Assembly: GCA_963796965.1 (NCBI GenBank)
Contig: CAWCNS010000006.1
Coordinates: 64,001-128,000 of the forward strand
Direction: 5' to 3'
Source: Calditrichia bacterium
GTDB taxonomy: Bacteria; Calditrichota; Calditrichia; JAJRVZ01
Length of the DNA stretch: 64,000 nucleotides
Part shown: one piece after another, positions 10,136 to 20,424 of the stretch
Numbering within the stretch: the first letter of the stretch is position 1
Layout of the letters: every line of letters begins with the position of its first letter
Notes under the pieces: model-generated
Databases searched by the model: none
Seen by the model: only the letters and a program-made list of their open reading frames with translations
What the model was told of the DNA's origin: nothing
Made by a program: the position numbers and the translations under genes

Positions 10136-12025
10136 ATGGTAGAATTGAGTCGTGTTGAGATTGAAGAGAAATTCACCTCACTTCAGAGATCTATAAATTC
10201 CCCTCATGTATTTTTAGAAACACGCAAAGTCGACGCGAACAATAAACACTCTTTTTATTTCACCAATCCCAAAGATATTATTACATTATATAAGCAGGAT
10301 GACCCTTCAGAGTTTTTTAAAAAGTTAGAATTGGCTCAAAGTGAGGGATATTGGTTAGCGGGATATTTTTGCTATGAAGCAGGCTATTTTTTTGAACCTT
10401 ACCTGAATAAATATCGGGATAATCTTAAAATCAACCGTCCTCTGGCCTGGTTTGGCGTCTTTCAACCTCCTTTGATGATAGATCAAACCCGGGTAGATTT
10501 AGAGCCAACATTAAAAGAACATCCCTTTCTGAGAACCAGAACAAATCCCTGTGAGATTAATAATCTGAAGATCAATATGAACCCCGACGAATACCATAAT
10601 GCAATTTCAAAAATCAAATCATATTTAAAGGAGGGAGATACTTATCAAGTTAATTTTACCTTAAAATATAAGTTCTTATCTAAAGAGAACCCTTTTGATC
10701 TGTTCAGGTTTCTTCAGAGTAAACAAAACATAGCCTATAGCGCTTTTGTTAATAATGGACATCAGTATTTTCTCTCACTCTCGCCCGAATTGTTTTTTAA
10801 AAAAGAAGGTGCGAGAATGACCTCTAAACCGATGAAGGGAACTGCTAAAAGAGGACGATTTAACCTAGAGGATGTTGAATATGCCCAATGGTTGACTAAT
10901 GACCCAAAGAATTTGGCTGAAAACACAATGATCGTTGATCTTATTAGAAATGATCTTGGGAAAAAATCTTTAATTGGCAGTGTATATGTTTCTGATCCTT
11001 ATCAAGTGGAAAAATTTTCGACACTTCATCAAATGACCTCAACGATCAATTCTACCCTTCAGCCTGGCACGACTATTGAGGACCTGTTTCTCGCCATGTT
11101 TCCCTTCGGGTCAATTACCGGAGCTCCAAAGATAAGAACGATGGAAATTATCAATGAACTTGAAAAGGAGCCACGGGGGATATATACCGGGGCCATTGGT
11201 TATTTTTCTCCGGATGGAAACGCCCAATTTAATGTGGCGATCAGAACTCCGGCAATTGACAAGTACGGAAATGGAGAGATGGGTATAGGGGGAGGGATTG
11301 TTGCAGAATCCTTGGCTAAAGATGAATTTGAGGAATGTCTGCTAAAAGGACATTTTTTAACAAAAAGGATAAATTCCTTTTCGTTAATCGAGACAATGCG
11401 TATGGAAAATGGTGAGATATACCTTCTTGATCTTCATATGGAGAGATTAATAGACTCATCTAAATATTTTGATCTGATCTGCCCGTTAAAACATATTAAA
11501 ACGGATCTCAAAATGCTCAACAGAAAACGGGAAACGGGTCTTTTCAAAATCAGATTAGTACTTGATCAGCAAGGAAACTACAAGATTCAGATAAATCCAA
11601 TAAAAGGATCACCAAAAAAACCTGTGCTTCTTTTAAAAATATCAGAAAAAAGAATGAACTCCGCAGACTTATGGCTATATCACAAAACAACAAACAGAAC
11701 CTTATATGATACGGAACTAAACCTGGCAATTAAGCAGGGATACGACGAAGTACTCTTTATAAACGAGAGAGGAGAGATCTCGGAAGGATCCATATCAAAC
11801 ATTTTTATTCAACAATCCGGCCAATTAGTAACACCCCATCAAAAAGCAGGTTTACTAAAAGGGACCTTGAGACAATCTCTCCTGGATAACAAAGAATGTT
11901 ATGAGACGATCCTAAAAGAGCAAGATATCCTGAATGCCGAGAAGATCTTTATAGGCAATTCCGTGATGGGATTAGTTGAAGCTGAACTGGTCACCTCAGA
12001 CTCAAAATTCACCACGAACACCTAG
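10136..12025 (+). CDS. pabB: Aminodeoxychorismate synthase component I fused to class IV aminotransferase-like ADC lyase (PabB-PabC)
   Basis: SPELFF, KPMKGT, MIVDLIRNDLG, GSITGAPK, NVAIRT; C-terminal HKTTNR, EGSISNIF, GLLKGT. Confidence 0.9.
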   Translation: MVELSRVEIEEKFTSLQRSINSPHVFLETRKVDANNKHSFYFTNPKDIITLYKQDDPSEFFKKLELAQSEGYWLAGYFCYEAGYFFEPYLNKYRDNLKINRPLAWFGVFQPPLMIDQTRVDLEPTLKEHPFLRTRTNPCEINNLKINMNPDEYHNAISKIKSYLKEGDTYQVNFTLKYKFLSKENPFDLFRFLQSKQNIAYSAFVNNGHQYFLSLSPELFFKKEGARMTSKPMKGTAKRGRFNLEDVEYAQWLTNDPKNLAENTMIVDLIRNDLGKKSLIGSVYVSDPYQVEKFSTLHQMTSTINSTLQPGTTIEDLFLAMFPFGSITGAPKIRTMEIINELEKEPRGIYTGAIGYFSPDGNAQFNVAIRTPAIDKYGNGEMGIGGGIVAESLAKDEFEECLLKGHFLTKRINSFSLIETMRMENGEIYLLDLHMERLIDSSKYFDLICPLKHIKTDLKMLNRKRETGLFKIRLVLDQQGNYKIQINPIKGSPKKPVLLLKISEKRMNSADLWLYHKTTNRTLYDTELNLAIKQGYDEVLFINERGEISEGSISNIFIQQSGQLVTPHQKAGLLKGTLRQSLLDNKECYETILKEQDILNAEKIFIGNSVMGLVEAELVTSDSKFTTNT

Positions 12026-13144
12026 ACCCGGCCTATCATTTAACACCAATTTTCCCTTCTCAACTGCAACACCATCAAATGGATCCTCACGGAGGAGAAG
12101 ATTCCCATCCAAATCAGCCCAGTCTATAAGGGGGGATAAATGGGCACCGGCGGATATGGCAATTGAACTTTCTATCATACAACCAAGCATTATCTTCATA
12201 TTATAGGCTCTAGCCAAATGGATCATGCGTATAGCTTCCTGAAGACCGCCTGCTTTCATTAATTTAATATTGATTCCATCATAGGCCTCAGATAATTTTG
12301 GGATATCGGCAACAGTTTTAACAGCCTCATCGGCCACAATCGGGATATCAATGCGATCCCGTAACCAGCGGGTTTCTTTAATCATGTCTGAAGGCATTGG
12401 CTGCTCAATAAATTCAATACCCTCCTTTTGTAACCACTTGATTTTTTCCAGGGCAACTTCTTTGGTTTTCCAACCTTCGTTTGCATCAACCCTGATCGGC
12501 TTATCTGTTATACTTCGAACAGCATTTATAATCTCTTCATCATTATCTTTACCGACTTTAATCTTTAGAATTGCATATTTTTCTGCTGCTTTCACTTTTC
12601 TCTTAATCACTTCAATCGTATCAATACCAATTGAATAGGAAGTGAGGGGCGTTTTGGACTTATCTAATCCCCACATTTTGTATAAGGGTACATTAAGGCT
12701 TTTACCGACCCAATCCATTACTGCAATATCCAATGCACAGCGGGCACAATTCTGATCTGTAATTCCTGCAAAAATCTTATCTTTCAAATCAACATAATGC
12801 CAGGGATCCATTTCTTCGAGTATTGGCTTCATTTGATTAATGCGATCCGTTGTTTTCTCAGCATTTTCTCCATACCGAACATTAGGCCCTGCTTCACCCA
12901 ACCCGACAATGCCATCCTTCTCAATTTTTACAAACACATTGTCTTTATAATCACTGGAATTTCTTGATATGGTCCATGTATCTTGTAAAAAGAGGCGTTT
13001 GGTTTTTACCTCGATCATAACTCCTCCGCTATTTTTGCTGGTTGTTTTTCCATTTTGTATACATGCGCTTAGTGGTAACTGGCTCAGGAGTGATGCTCCG
13101 ATCAATGATTTTCCTGAGATTTCTAAAAAATCTTTTCGTTTCAT
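12002..13144 (-). CDS. L-Ala-D/L-Glu dipeptide epimerase (enolase superfamily) with an N-terminal export signal
   Basis: KIKVG, VDANEGW, EQP, ADE, INIKLMK, GCMIES and DLDG motifs. Confidence 0.9.
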   Translation of the reverse strand: MKRKDFLEISGKSLIGASLLSQLPLSACIQNGKTTSKNSGGVMIEVKTKRLFLQDTWTISRNSSDYKDNVFVKIEKDGIVGLGEAGPNVRYGENAEKTTDRINQMKPILEEMDPWHYVDLKDKIFAGITDQNCARCALDIAVMDWVGKSLNVPLYKMWGLDKSKTPLTSYSIGIDTIEVIKRKVKAAEKYAILKIKVGKDNDEEIINAVRSITDKPIRVDANEGWKTKEVALEKIKWLQKEGIEFIEQPMPSDMIKETRWLRDRIDIPIVADEAVKTVADIPKLSEAYDGINIKLMKAGGLQEAIRMIHLARAYNMKIMLGCMIESSIAISAGAHLSPLIDWADLDGNLLLREDPFDGVAVEKGKLVLNDRPGLGVRGEF

Positions 13145-13152
13145 CCACAGCC

Positions 13153-14283
13153 TCAATCTTTTATAATTCGTTTAATTTTACGCAAAGTTTTTTTTCGATA
13201 TGCATTAAACAATTCGTCATTTTCATCCAAACTATTTATATGAACATCTCCACTTTCATGGATAAAATAGGATCCCCCAAGACAAATTCCAACATGCGTA
13301 ATACGTTCGGGCGGTCCAAAGAATATTAGATCACCGGGAAGAATATTGGAATAATCTGTATTAGGGATTATTTCTTCACCTAACTTCACTTGCATGTTGG
13401 CATCTCTTGGCAAATCATAACCCTCCGCTCTGAAGACCGTACCAGTGAATCCAGAACAATCCATTGCTTTGGTAGAATGCCCGCCCCATAAATAGGGTAT
13501 ACCCATCATTTTCTTCGCCGTTTGAATAATCGCATTACGTTTAGGTAGAACAGAATTGTCCGGTGTAACATAAGGTTTAACATGTTCTCTTGGCAGGTAA
13601 CCCCTCCGACCGTCCGATAATTCAATCTCCATCCACCGGCCAACAATAGACTTTTTTAAAAAAATCGATCCTAAAACCAGATCGGTTACTACCTGGCTTT
13701 TATCTGAAGATTCACTAAAGACCTGGTTAAAGTTAACAGTTAGACTCTGCTTGTCTGAATTATTCCACTCTTTTATGTCATTATCTGATTTTCTGGAAAG
13801 GCTACCACGTGTAATCCACCCAATATAATCATAAGGCGTCTGAACCAGATACCAGTAGCTCTCTTTTTTTAATAGTCTAACTTCTGTACCCATGATTACC
13901 TGGTCTACCATCTCTGCAGCGTGTTTCGGATATCTTCTCAAATTTCCCACACTGACCTTAACAAGAGCATGGGTCGTATCTGCAAATGACAAAAGTGGTA
14001 AAGACTGAAAGGACCAGACTAAACTTTCATCCGGAAATGTTTTCTTCGCCAATTTTTTAACTGCTTTGTAGGCACTTGGGACAGAAGTCTCACCCTCAAT
14101 ATGCCATTGACCATCAAGATACTTGGCATTTGCTGAGTATACAGTAGTACGTTTATCCGGGGCAAATTCAGATTTAATATCCTCAATTCCAACTACAAAA
14201 GCCTCCGGGGGTTCCTTTTCAAACGAACATCCGGCTATGAACACAATTAATACGATCAAGATGAATGTAATATTTTTCTGCAT
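13153..14283 (-). CDS. SH3 + NlpC/P60 lipoprotein (YkfC-like gamma-D-Glu-diamino acid endopeptidase)
   Basis: Lipobox IAGC; PYLWGG, DCSG, LPRDA and HVG motifs; adjacent to the epimerase as in ykfB-ykfC. Confidence 0.88.
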   Translation of the reverse strand: MQKNITFILIVLIVFIAGCSFEKEPPEAFVVGIEDIKSEFAPDKRTTVYSANAKYLDGQWHIEGETSVPSAYKAVKKLAKKTFPDESLVWSFQSLPLLSFADTTHALVKVSVGNLRRYPKHAAEMVDQVIMGTEVRLLKKESYWYLVQTPYDYIGWITRGSLSRKSDNDIKEWNNSDKQSLTVNFNQVFSESSDKSQVVTDLVLGSIFLKKSIVGRWMEIELSDGRRGYLPREHVKPYVTPDNSVLPKRNAIIQTAKKMMGIPYLWGGHSTKAMDCSGFTGTVFRAEGYDLPRDANMQVKLGEEIIPNTDYSNILPGDLIFFGPPERITHVGICLGGSYFIHESGDVHINSLDENDELFNAYRKKTLRKIKRIIKD

Positions 14284-14551
14284 CTCTATTTTCCCTTAAT
14301 AATCAGAAGAACCAATGGCTTTGAAAAAGATACCAGCAGGTGTTAGTATCTCTATATAAACTCAGTTGATTTTTTTTTGAATAAGACTCCCTGGAAGAAA
14401 ACGAAATTTAATTAAACCGTCTATACATAACAATATAAATTCACTCTGATTTTGCAAAAGAAAGTTAGGGATTTGTGAGTACCCTTAGATTTTGGTTTAA
14501 ATTGACTCAATGGTTGATTAAAAAATTTATCCAATCCTTATATATCAGCTG

Positions 14552-14579
14552 ATTTTGTATTTTGTATTTTGTATTTTGT
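14552..14579. repeat. Tandem heptamer array (ATTTTGT)4
   Basis: Four perfect units just upstream of the cco cluster. Confidence 0.9.
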
Positions 14580-14615
14580 ATTCTAAAAAAATCTCTCATT
14601 ATACCAAACAATTTT

Positions 14616-15326
14616 ATGGGCATTGATTTTATAGCGATTTTTTTAATTGGTTTTCTCGGCGGATTTGGTCACTGCATTGGTATGTGTGGCGGAATTGTAT
14701 TAACCTACACATTGAAAGTTGACGAAAACGACCCTCCTCTTCGTCCCACCAAATGGCAGACTCTTAAACCACAATTACTCTATAATTTAGGACGTGTGTT
14801 GACCTATACATTTTTGGGACAGATTTTTGGTTTAATTGGAAGCACCATTGGAATTGTCTTTGCCATAAGGGATTTTCAGGGTGTATTGCAGATATTTGCC
14901 GGCACTATTATGATACTCATGGGAATTGAACTCGCCGGATTTATTCCTTCTATGTCACCCGATACCTTTCCGGGAGTCAATAAATTTAAAAAGATGGTCA
15001 CCAGCCTATTTAATCAGGTCAATAGGAGCAATACAATTATTCTGGGTCTCGTTTTGGGATTTTTGCCTTGTGGTTTAGTATATGCTGCCGGTGCAAAAGC
15101 AGCAGCAACACAAAGTGTGTTTGGCGGTATGATCACGATGCTCCTTTTTGGCCTTGGCACTTTTCCTGCTATGGTGATTACAGGATTGACCGCTCATCTT
15201 ATTTCAAACAAACTGCGTCGCCAATTTTACCGTCTTGCGGCAATCATGGTTATTATACTTGGGATTTTAGCCCTGCTTCGGGGAGTTGATGCGCTAGGCT
15301 GGTATCGATTCCATTGGCTTTTCTAA
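14616..15326 (+). CDS. DsbD_2 / TauE-SafE-like membrane protein associated with cbb3 biogenesis
   Basis: HCIGMCGG, YNLGR, GFLPCGLVY, FGLGT motifs; first gene of the cco cluster. Confidence 0.85.
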   Translation: MGIDFIAIFLIGFLGGFGHCIGMCGGIVLTYTLKVDENDPPLRPTKWQTLKPQLLYNLGRVLTYTFLGQIFGLIGSTIGIVFAIRDFQGVLQIFAGTIMILMGIELAGFIPSMSPDTFPGVNKFKKMVTSLFNQVNRSNTIILGLVLGFLPCGLVYAAGAKAAATQSVFGGMITMLLFGLGTFPAMVITGLTAHLISNKLRRQFYRLAAIMVIILGILALLRGVDALGWYRFHWLF

Positions 15327-15417
15327 GGTGTTTTTTTTAAATTTTTTTTAACTTTCTATAACCAGAATACTTCAGATCGCTTTTTTAGTAATATTTAGAA
15401 ATAGCTATATATATCAT

Positions 15418-17859
15418 ATGAGTCGTATACAAAAAATTAATACCGATCCAACTATCAATTGTTACCATTGTGGAGATTTATGTCCAAATTCTGAAGTAAT
15501 GATTGGGGAAAAATATTTTTGTTGCAATGGTTGTAAACTTGTTTATCAATTGTTAGAAGACAAAGATCTTTGTGCCTATTATTCTCTTACCCAAACCCCA
15601 GGCACTTCCCCTCCGGAGGCAGGTCTCCAATCCAAATACAGTTATCTTGAAGATGAGACAGTAAGACAGCAGATTTTAAATTACCGCGATGATAATCTCA
15701 GTAAAGTATCATTTAAAATCCCCTCGATACATTGTAGTTCTTGTATCTGGTTGCTTGAAAATTTATACCGCGTAGATCCGGGTGTGATAGAGTCCAAAGT
15801 GAATTTTCTCCGCAAAGAGCTAACTATATCTTTTTCGGAAAAGAAAACAAGTTTAAGAAAATTAGTAGAGACACTTGTCTCCATAGGTTATGAACCAGAA
15901 ATCAATCTGGCTAGTTTACAAAAACAAGTTCAGAAAAATACCGATAAAGAACTTTATCTGCAGATTGGCGTCGCTGGATTTGCTTTCGGGAATATTATGT
16001 TACTGAGTTTTCCTGAATATCTGGCAATAGATGAAAAAATCGGCCAGGAATTTTTATCCTTCTTTGGCTACATAAGCATATTTTTGGCCTTACCGGTTTT
16101 ACTATATAGCGCAATGGGCTATTTTAAATCGGCTTTTAATAGCCTGATTCAATTTTCAATAAATATGGATGTTCCCATTTCTCTGGGCATCATCACTCTC
16201 TTCCTTCGTAGTTTCTATCATGTGGTGGCAGGAGAAGGTACCGGTTATATGGACTCGTTTACGGCGCTCGTTTTTCTATTATTGATTGGCAAACTATTTC
16301 AAAAGAAAACCTATGACGCTCTCTCATTTGACAGGGATTATCGCTCCTACTTTCCCTTATCTGTAACCCGGAGAGAGAATAATGAAGAAGTCGGCATTCC
16401 TCTTGAGATGATAGCGCTGCGTGACCGGATATTATTGAGCAACAATGAATTAATTCCGGCGGATGCTGTCTTAATTAAAGGTCCGGCATTGATAGATTAT
16501 AGTTTTGTTACAGGCGAATCTGCACCGGTAAAAAAAATATCAGGGGATATGCTTTATGCGGGTGGAAAACACATTGGACCTCAGATTGAAATAGAGATAA
16601 TTAAAGAGGTCTCTCAGAGTTACCTGACGCAATTATGGAATGATGATGCATTTAGTAAGCCAAATGAGGAAGGGAACTTCACTTCTTTAGCTAATACAGT
16701 AAGTAAATATTTTACCTTCACGGTACTGTTAGTGGCTACCTTGTCAGCCTTTTATTGGCTTCCGGGAAATATTACATTGGCCATGAATGCTTTTACTGCT
16801 GTGCTGATAGTTGCCTGTCCTTGTGCACTTGCCTTATCAACACCCTTTACTCTGGGAAATACGCTTCGAATCTTTGGAAAAAACAATTTCTACTTAAAAA
16901 ATGTATCTGTAATTGAATCCCTGGCTAAAATCAGCACAATTATTTTTGATAAAACAGGAACATTGACCCGCTCTACAGGAAAATTGACAAAATTTATTCC
17001 CGCGCAGGAATTCAATAACCAGTTGGATGAAGAAGAGATTCTTTCACTCCGTTCCCTGGTAAAACAATCAAATCACCCCCTCAGCCGGCGGATATACTCT
17101 GAGTTAAAAACCGGCACTACCATCGCTATACATAATTTTCGTGAGTATGCCGGAAAAGGACTATCGGGGAAAATTCAGAATAAAATAATCAAAATTGGTT
17201 CTTCTGATTACATAAAAACAGCCGAAATAATTAATTCTGAGCAAACTGCTTCAAAGGTGCTTTTAGAGATAAATGGAAAATATCGTGGTCATTTTTTACT
17301 TCCAAATCAGTATCGCAAAGGGATATGGAAAATGATTGCAGATCTCTCCCATCATTATAAAACCTATCTTCTATCAGGCGACAATGAAGGGGAAAAAGAT
17401 AACCTTGCTCCCATCTTTAATGATAAACAAAAACTCCTTTTTAACCAATCACCACATGATAAACTAAACTTCATAAAAGAATTACAGAATAGTTCTGAAA
17501 AGATAATGATGATCGGGGATGGCTTAAATGATGCGGGAGCCCTAAAACAAAGTGATGTGGGTGTGTCTGTTTCCGAAAACATTAACGCGTTTACACCGGC
17601 TTCAGATGGAATTATAAATGCAGATCAACTAAAAATTTTACCGAAATTTTTGAAATTTTCTAAAGTCAGTATTAGGATTATAATTCTAAGTTTTTTAATT
17701 TCTTTTTTATATAATATTATTGGATTATTTTTCGCTGTTCAAGGAACCCTTTCACCCCTCATCGCAGCCATATTAATGCCGGCAAGTTCTCTAACTGTAG
17801 TGCTTTTTACCATAGGCACCACGACCTTGTGGGGGAAAAGAATGGGTTTTCGCTCCTAA
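15418..17859 (+). CDS. ccoI: cbb3 assembly heavy-metal P1B-type ATPase
   Basis: CYHCG and FCCNGC, HCSSC HMA, TGES, CPC, DKTGT, GDGLND. Confidence 0.93.
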   Translation: MSRIQKINTDPTINCYHCGDLCPNSEVMIGEKYFCCNGCKLVYQLLEDKDLCAYYSLTQTPGTSPPEAGLQSKYSYLEDETVRQQILNYRDDNLSKVSFKIPSIHCSSCIWLLENLYRVDPGVIESKVNFLRKELTISFSEKKTSLRKLVETLVSIGYEPEINLASLQKQVQKNTDKELYLQIGVAGFAFGNIMLLSFPEYLAIDEKIGQEFLSFFGYISIFLALPVLLYSAMGYFKSAFNSLIQFSINMDVPISLGIITLFLRSFYHVVAGEGTGYMDSFTALVFLLLIGKLFQKKTYDALSFDRDYRSYFPLSVTRRENNEEVGIPLEMIALRDRILLSNNELIPADAVLIKGPALIDYSFVTGESAPVKKISGDMLYAGGKHIGPQIEIEIIKEVSQSYLTQLWNDDAFSKPNEEGNFTSLANTVSKYFTFTVLLVATLSAFYWLPGNITLAMNAFTAVLIVACPCALALSTPFTLGNTLRIFGKNNFYLKNVSVIESLAKISTIIFDKTGTLTRSTGKLTKFIPAQEFNNQLDEEEILSLRSLVKQSNHPLSRRIYSELKTGTTIAIHNFREYAGKGLSGKIQNKIIKIGSSDYIKTAEIINSEQTASKVLLEINGKYRGHFLLPNQYRKGIWKMIADLSHHYKTYLLSGDNEGEKDNLAPIFNDKQKLLFNQSPHDKLNFIKELQNSSEKIMMIGDGLNDAGALKQSDVGVSVSENINAFTPASDGIINADQLKILPKFLKFSKVSIRIIILSFLISFLYNIIGLFFAVQGTLSPLIAAILMPASSLTVVLFTIGTTTLWGKRMGFRS

Positions 17860-17888
17860 TCAGCCAGCAAAAACGGGGGGATCTTTAA

Positions 17889-18077
17889 ATGAGTGCCATG
17901 TTTTTCTTGGTTTTGGCCAGTTTACTTGTGGCTGTTGGCTTCCTTCTTGCTTTTCTTTGGGCTGTAAAAAGCGGACAATTTGAGGACAAATACACTCCAA
18001 AAATTAGAATTCTGTTTGATGACAACAAAAATTCTACTCAGAATGAACTAAATCTCAGTAAAGACAAGGAGAATTAG
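17889..18077 (+). CDS. ccoS: cbb3 oxidase assembly protein CcoS
   Basis: FLWAVKSGQFED...RILFDD motif. Confidence 0.93.
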   Translation: MSAMFFLVLASLLVAVGFLLAFLWAVKSGQFEDKYTPKIRILFDDNKNSTQNELNLSKDKEN

Positions 18078-18080
18078 TAA

Positions 18081-20213
18081 ATGGCTACAGTTGATATATT
18101 TAATTATGATAACAAAATCGTTCGGAATTTTGCATTCGCCACTTCTCTGTGGAGTCTTGTTGGAATCCTTGTAGGTGTCATTATCGCTTTCCAAATGTTT
18201 TTGCCCAGTTTAAATTTTGGGATACCCTATATAACATTTAGCAGACTACGTCCGCTTCATACGAATGCGGTTATATTTGCTTTTGTTGGTAATGGCATAT
18301 TTATGGGTGTTTATTACTCTCTACAACGTCTCTGCAAAGCCCGCATGTTTAGTGATCTATTAAGTAACATTCATTTCTGGGGATGGCAGTTAATAATTGT
18401 TTCAGCTGCACTTACCATTCCAACTGGCTTTACTACTGGTAAGGAATATGCCGAATTGGAATGGCCGATTGATCTGGCCATTGCTGTGGTTTGGGTGACG
18501 TTTGGTATCAACATGATTGGTACTATCATGAAACGTCGCGAAAGACATATGTATGTTGCTATTTGGTTTTATCTGGCTACTTTTTTTACAGTAACAATCC
18601 TGCATGTAGTAAATTCTATTGAGATTCCGGTAAGTTTTCTTAAAAGCTACCCAATATATGCCGGTGTACAAGATGCATTGGTTCAATGGTGGTATGGCCA
18701 TAATGCTGTCGCCTTCTTTTTAACAACTCCATACTTGGGACTGATGTATTACTTTTTACCGAAGGCTGCCAATCGTCCCATTTATTCTTATCGCTTATCA
18801 ATCGTACACTTCTGGGCTCTGATTTTTATCTATATATGGGCAGGACCCCATCACCTCCTTTACACCGCCCTGCCTGATTGGGCTCAATCTTTGGGTACCG
18901 TGTTTTCAATTATGCTCATTGCTCCTTCCTGGGGTGGCATGCTAAATGGATTGCTCACATTGCGAGGTGCGTGGGATCGTGTACGGGAAGATCCTATTCT
19001 TAAATTTATGGTCGTCGCAGTCACAGCCTATGGCATGGCGACATTTGAAGGTCCACTACTCTCTATCAAAAGTATAAATGCCCTCTCACATTATACTGAT
19101 TGGACCATTGCCCATGTTCATATCGGTGCGCTCGGATGGAACGGCTTATTAACTTTTGGCATTCTGTACTGGCTTATTCCAAAACTCTATAACACAAAGT
19201 TATTTTCGGTCAAACTTGCCAATCTTCATTTCTGGATCGCTACTCTTGGTATGATTTTTTATGCAATCCCGCTATATTGGGCTGGTATTACACAAGGATT
19301 GATGTGGAAAGAATTTACTGCTGAAGGATATCTGCAATATCCTCTGTTTCTTGAAACCGTGCTACAAATTGTACCCATGTATATCATCAGGGCATTAGGA
19401 GGAACTCTTTATCTTTCTGGTATAATTTTTATGTTCTACAATTTAACAAAAACTGTCAAAAGTGGATCATTGGTTGCCAATGAAGAAGCCCAGGCCTTGC
19501 CTTTAAATGCTCAAGCGGAACATGTAGAAGGTAAAACTTATTTTCATCGTTGGATTGAAAGACGCCCGGTTCAATTTATCATTGCCACAGTTGTTGCTGT
19601 TTTGATAGGTGGATTAGTTGAAATTATTCCAACTTTTCTGATCAAATCAAATATACCGACTATTTCCAGTGTAAAACCCTATACCCCATTAGAACTGGAA
19701 GGGCGGGATATTTATGTTCGTGAAGGCTGCTATACATGCCACTCCCAAATGATACGACCCTTTCGATCAGAAACAGAACGATACGGCGAATACTCTAAAG
19801 CCGGAGAATTTGTTTATGATCATCCATTTCAATGGGGTTCTAAACGGACCGGGCCGGATTTACATCGAATAGGAGGAAAATATCCAGATGCCTGGCATTA
19901 TAATCACATGCTCGAGCCGGCATCTATGTCACCCGGATCCCTAATGCCTCCTTACCCTTGGTTAATCGAGGATCGTTTAAATACATCAGATACAGAGGAC
20001 AAAATTAGGGTTATGCAAACACTTGGTGTGCCCTACCCAGATGGCTATGATAAATATGCACTTGAAGATTTGCAACAGCAGGCCAGTGAAATTACAGTCC
20101 GCTTAAAAGAATCTGGAATCGAAACAAGCCCCGATAAGGAGATTATTGCCCTAATCGCCTACTTACAACGATTGGGTATTGATATTAAGGGCGAGAGCGC
20201 GTCTGGTATGTAA
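18081..20213 (+). CDS. ccoNO: cbb3-type cytochrome c oxidase, fused subunits I/II
   Basis: RLRPLHTN, QWWYGHN, WAGPHH, HVH; C-terminal EGCYTCHSQMIRP and WGSKRTGPDL. Confidence 0.97.
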   Translation: MATVDIFNYDNKIVRNFAFATSLWSLVGILVGVIIAFQMFLPSLNFGIPYITFSRLRPLHTNAVIFAFVGNGIFMGVYYSLQRLCKARMFSDLLSNIHFWGWQLIIVSAALTIPTGFTTGKEYAELEWPIDLAIAVVWVTFGINMIGTIMKRRERHMYVAIWFYLATFFTVTILHVVNSIEIPVSFLKSYPIYAGVQDALVQWWYGHNAVAFFLTTPYLGLMYYFLPKAANRPIYSYRLSIVHFWALIFIYIWAGPHHLLYTALPDWAQSLGTVFSIMLIAPSWGGMLNGLLTLRGAWDRVREDPILKFMVVAVTAYGMATFEGPLLSIKSINALSHYTDWTIAHVHIGALGWNGLLTFGILYWLIPKLYNTKLFSVKLANLHFWIATLGMIFYAIPLYWAGITQGLMWKEFTAEGYLQYPLFLETVLQIVPMYIIRALGGTLYLSGIIFMFYNLTKTVKSGSLVANEEAQALPLNAQAEHVEGKTYFHRWIERRPVQFIIATVVAVLIGGLVEIIPTFLIKSNIPTISSVKPYTPLELEGRDIYVREGCYTCHSQMIRPFRSETERYGEYSKAGEFVYDHPFQWGSKRTGPDLHRIGGKYPDAWHYNHMLEPASMSPGSLMPPYPWLIEDRLNTSDTEDKIRVMQTLGVPYPDGYDKYALEDLQQQASEITVRLKESGIETSPDKEIIALIAYLQRLGIDIKGESASGM

Positions 20214-20243
20214 GACAGTTGAGTCAGAATGTGAGAGAATTAA

Positions 20244-20399
20244 ATGTTTAAAGAATTACTCAGATCAATTGCCGGAATAGAATTTTTTGGCCTTGTTGCG
20301 ATGCTAATCTTTTTATTTATTTTTATCCTGGTCATTTTTTGGACTTCAAAAATAGACAAGAGTTACAGAAACAAAATGAAAAATTTGCCACTGGACTGA
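20244..20399 (+). CDS. ccoQ: cbb3 oxidase subunit CcoQ/FixQ (51 aa, not in the ORF track)
   Basis: Manual translation MFKELLRSIAGIEFFGLVAMLIFLFIFILVIFWTSKIDKSYRNKMKNLPLD; single TM, ends in LPLD, lies between ccoNO and ccoP. Confidence 0.85.
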   Translation: MFKELLRSIAGIEFFGLVAMLIFLFIFILVIFWTSKIDKSYRNKMKNLPLD

Positions 20400-20424
20400 T
20401 CCAATTTGAACGGAGATATTAATC

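Noticed and set aside
10136..12025. PabB-PabC fusion as a novelty
   Set aside because: A known, fairly widespread architecture.
14400..15417. FNR box upstream of the cbb3 operon
   Set aside because: No convincing TTGAT-N4-ATCAA found by eye.
18081..20213. ccoN-ccoO fusion as a novelty
   Set aside because: Already well known in Bacteroidetes and related lineages.
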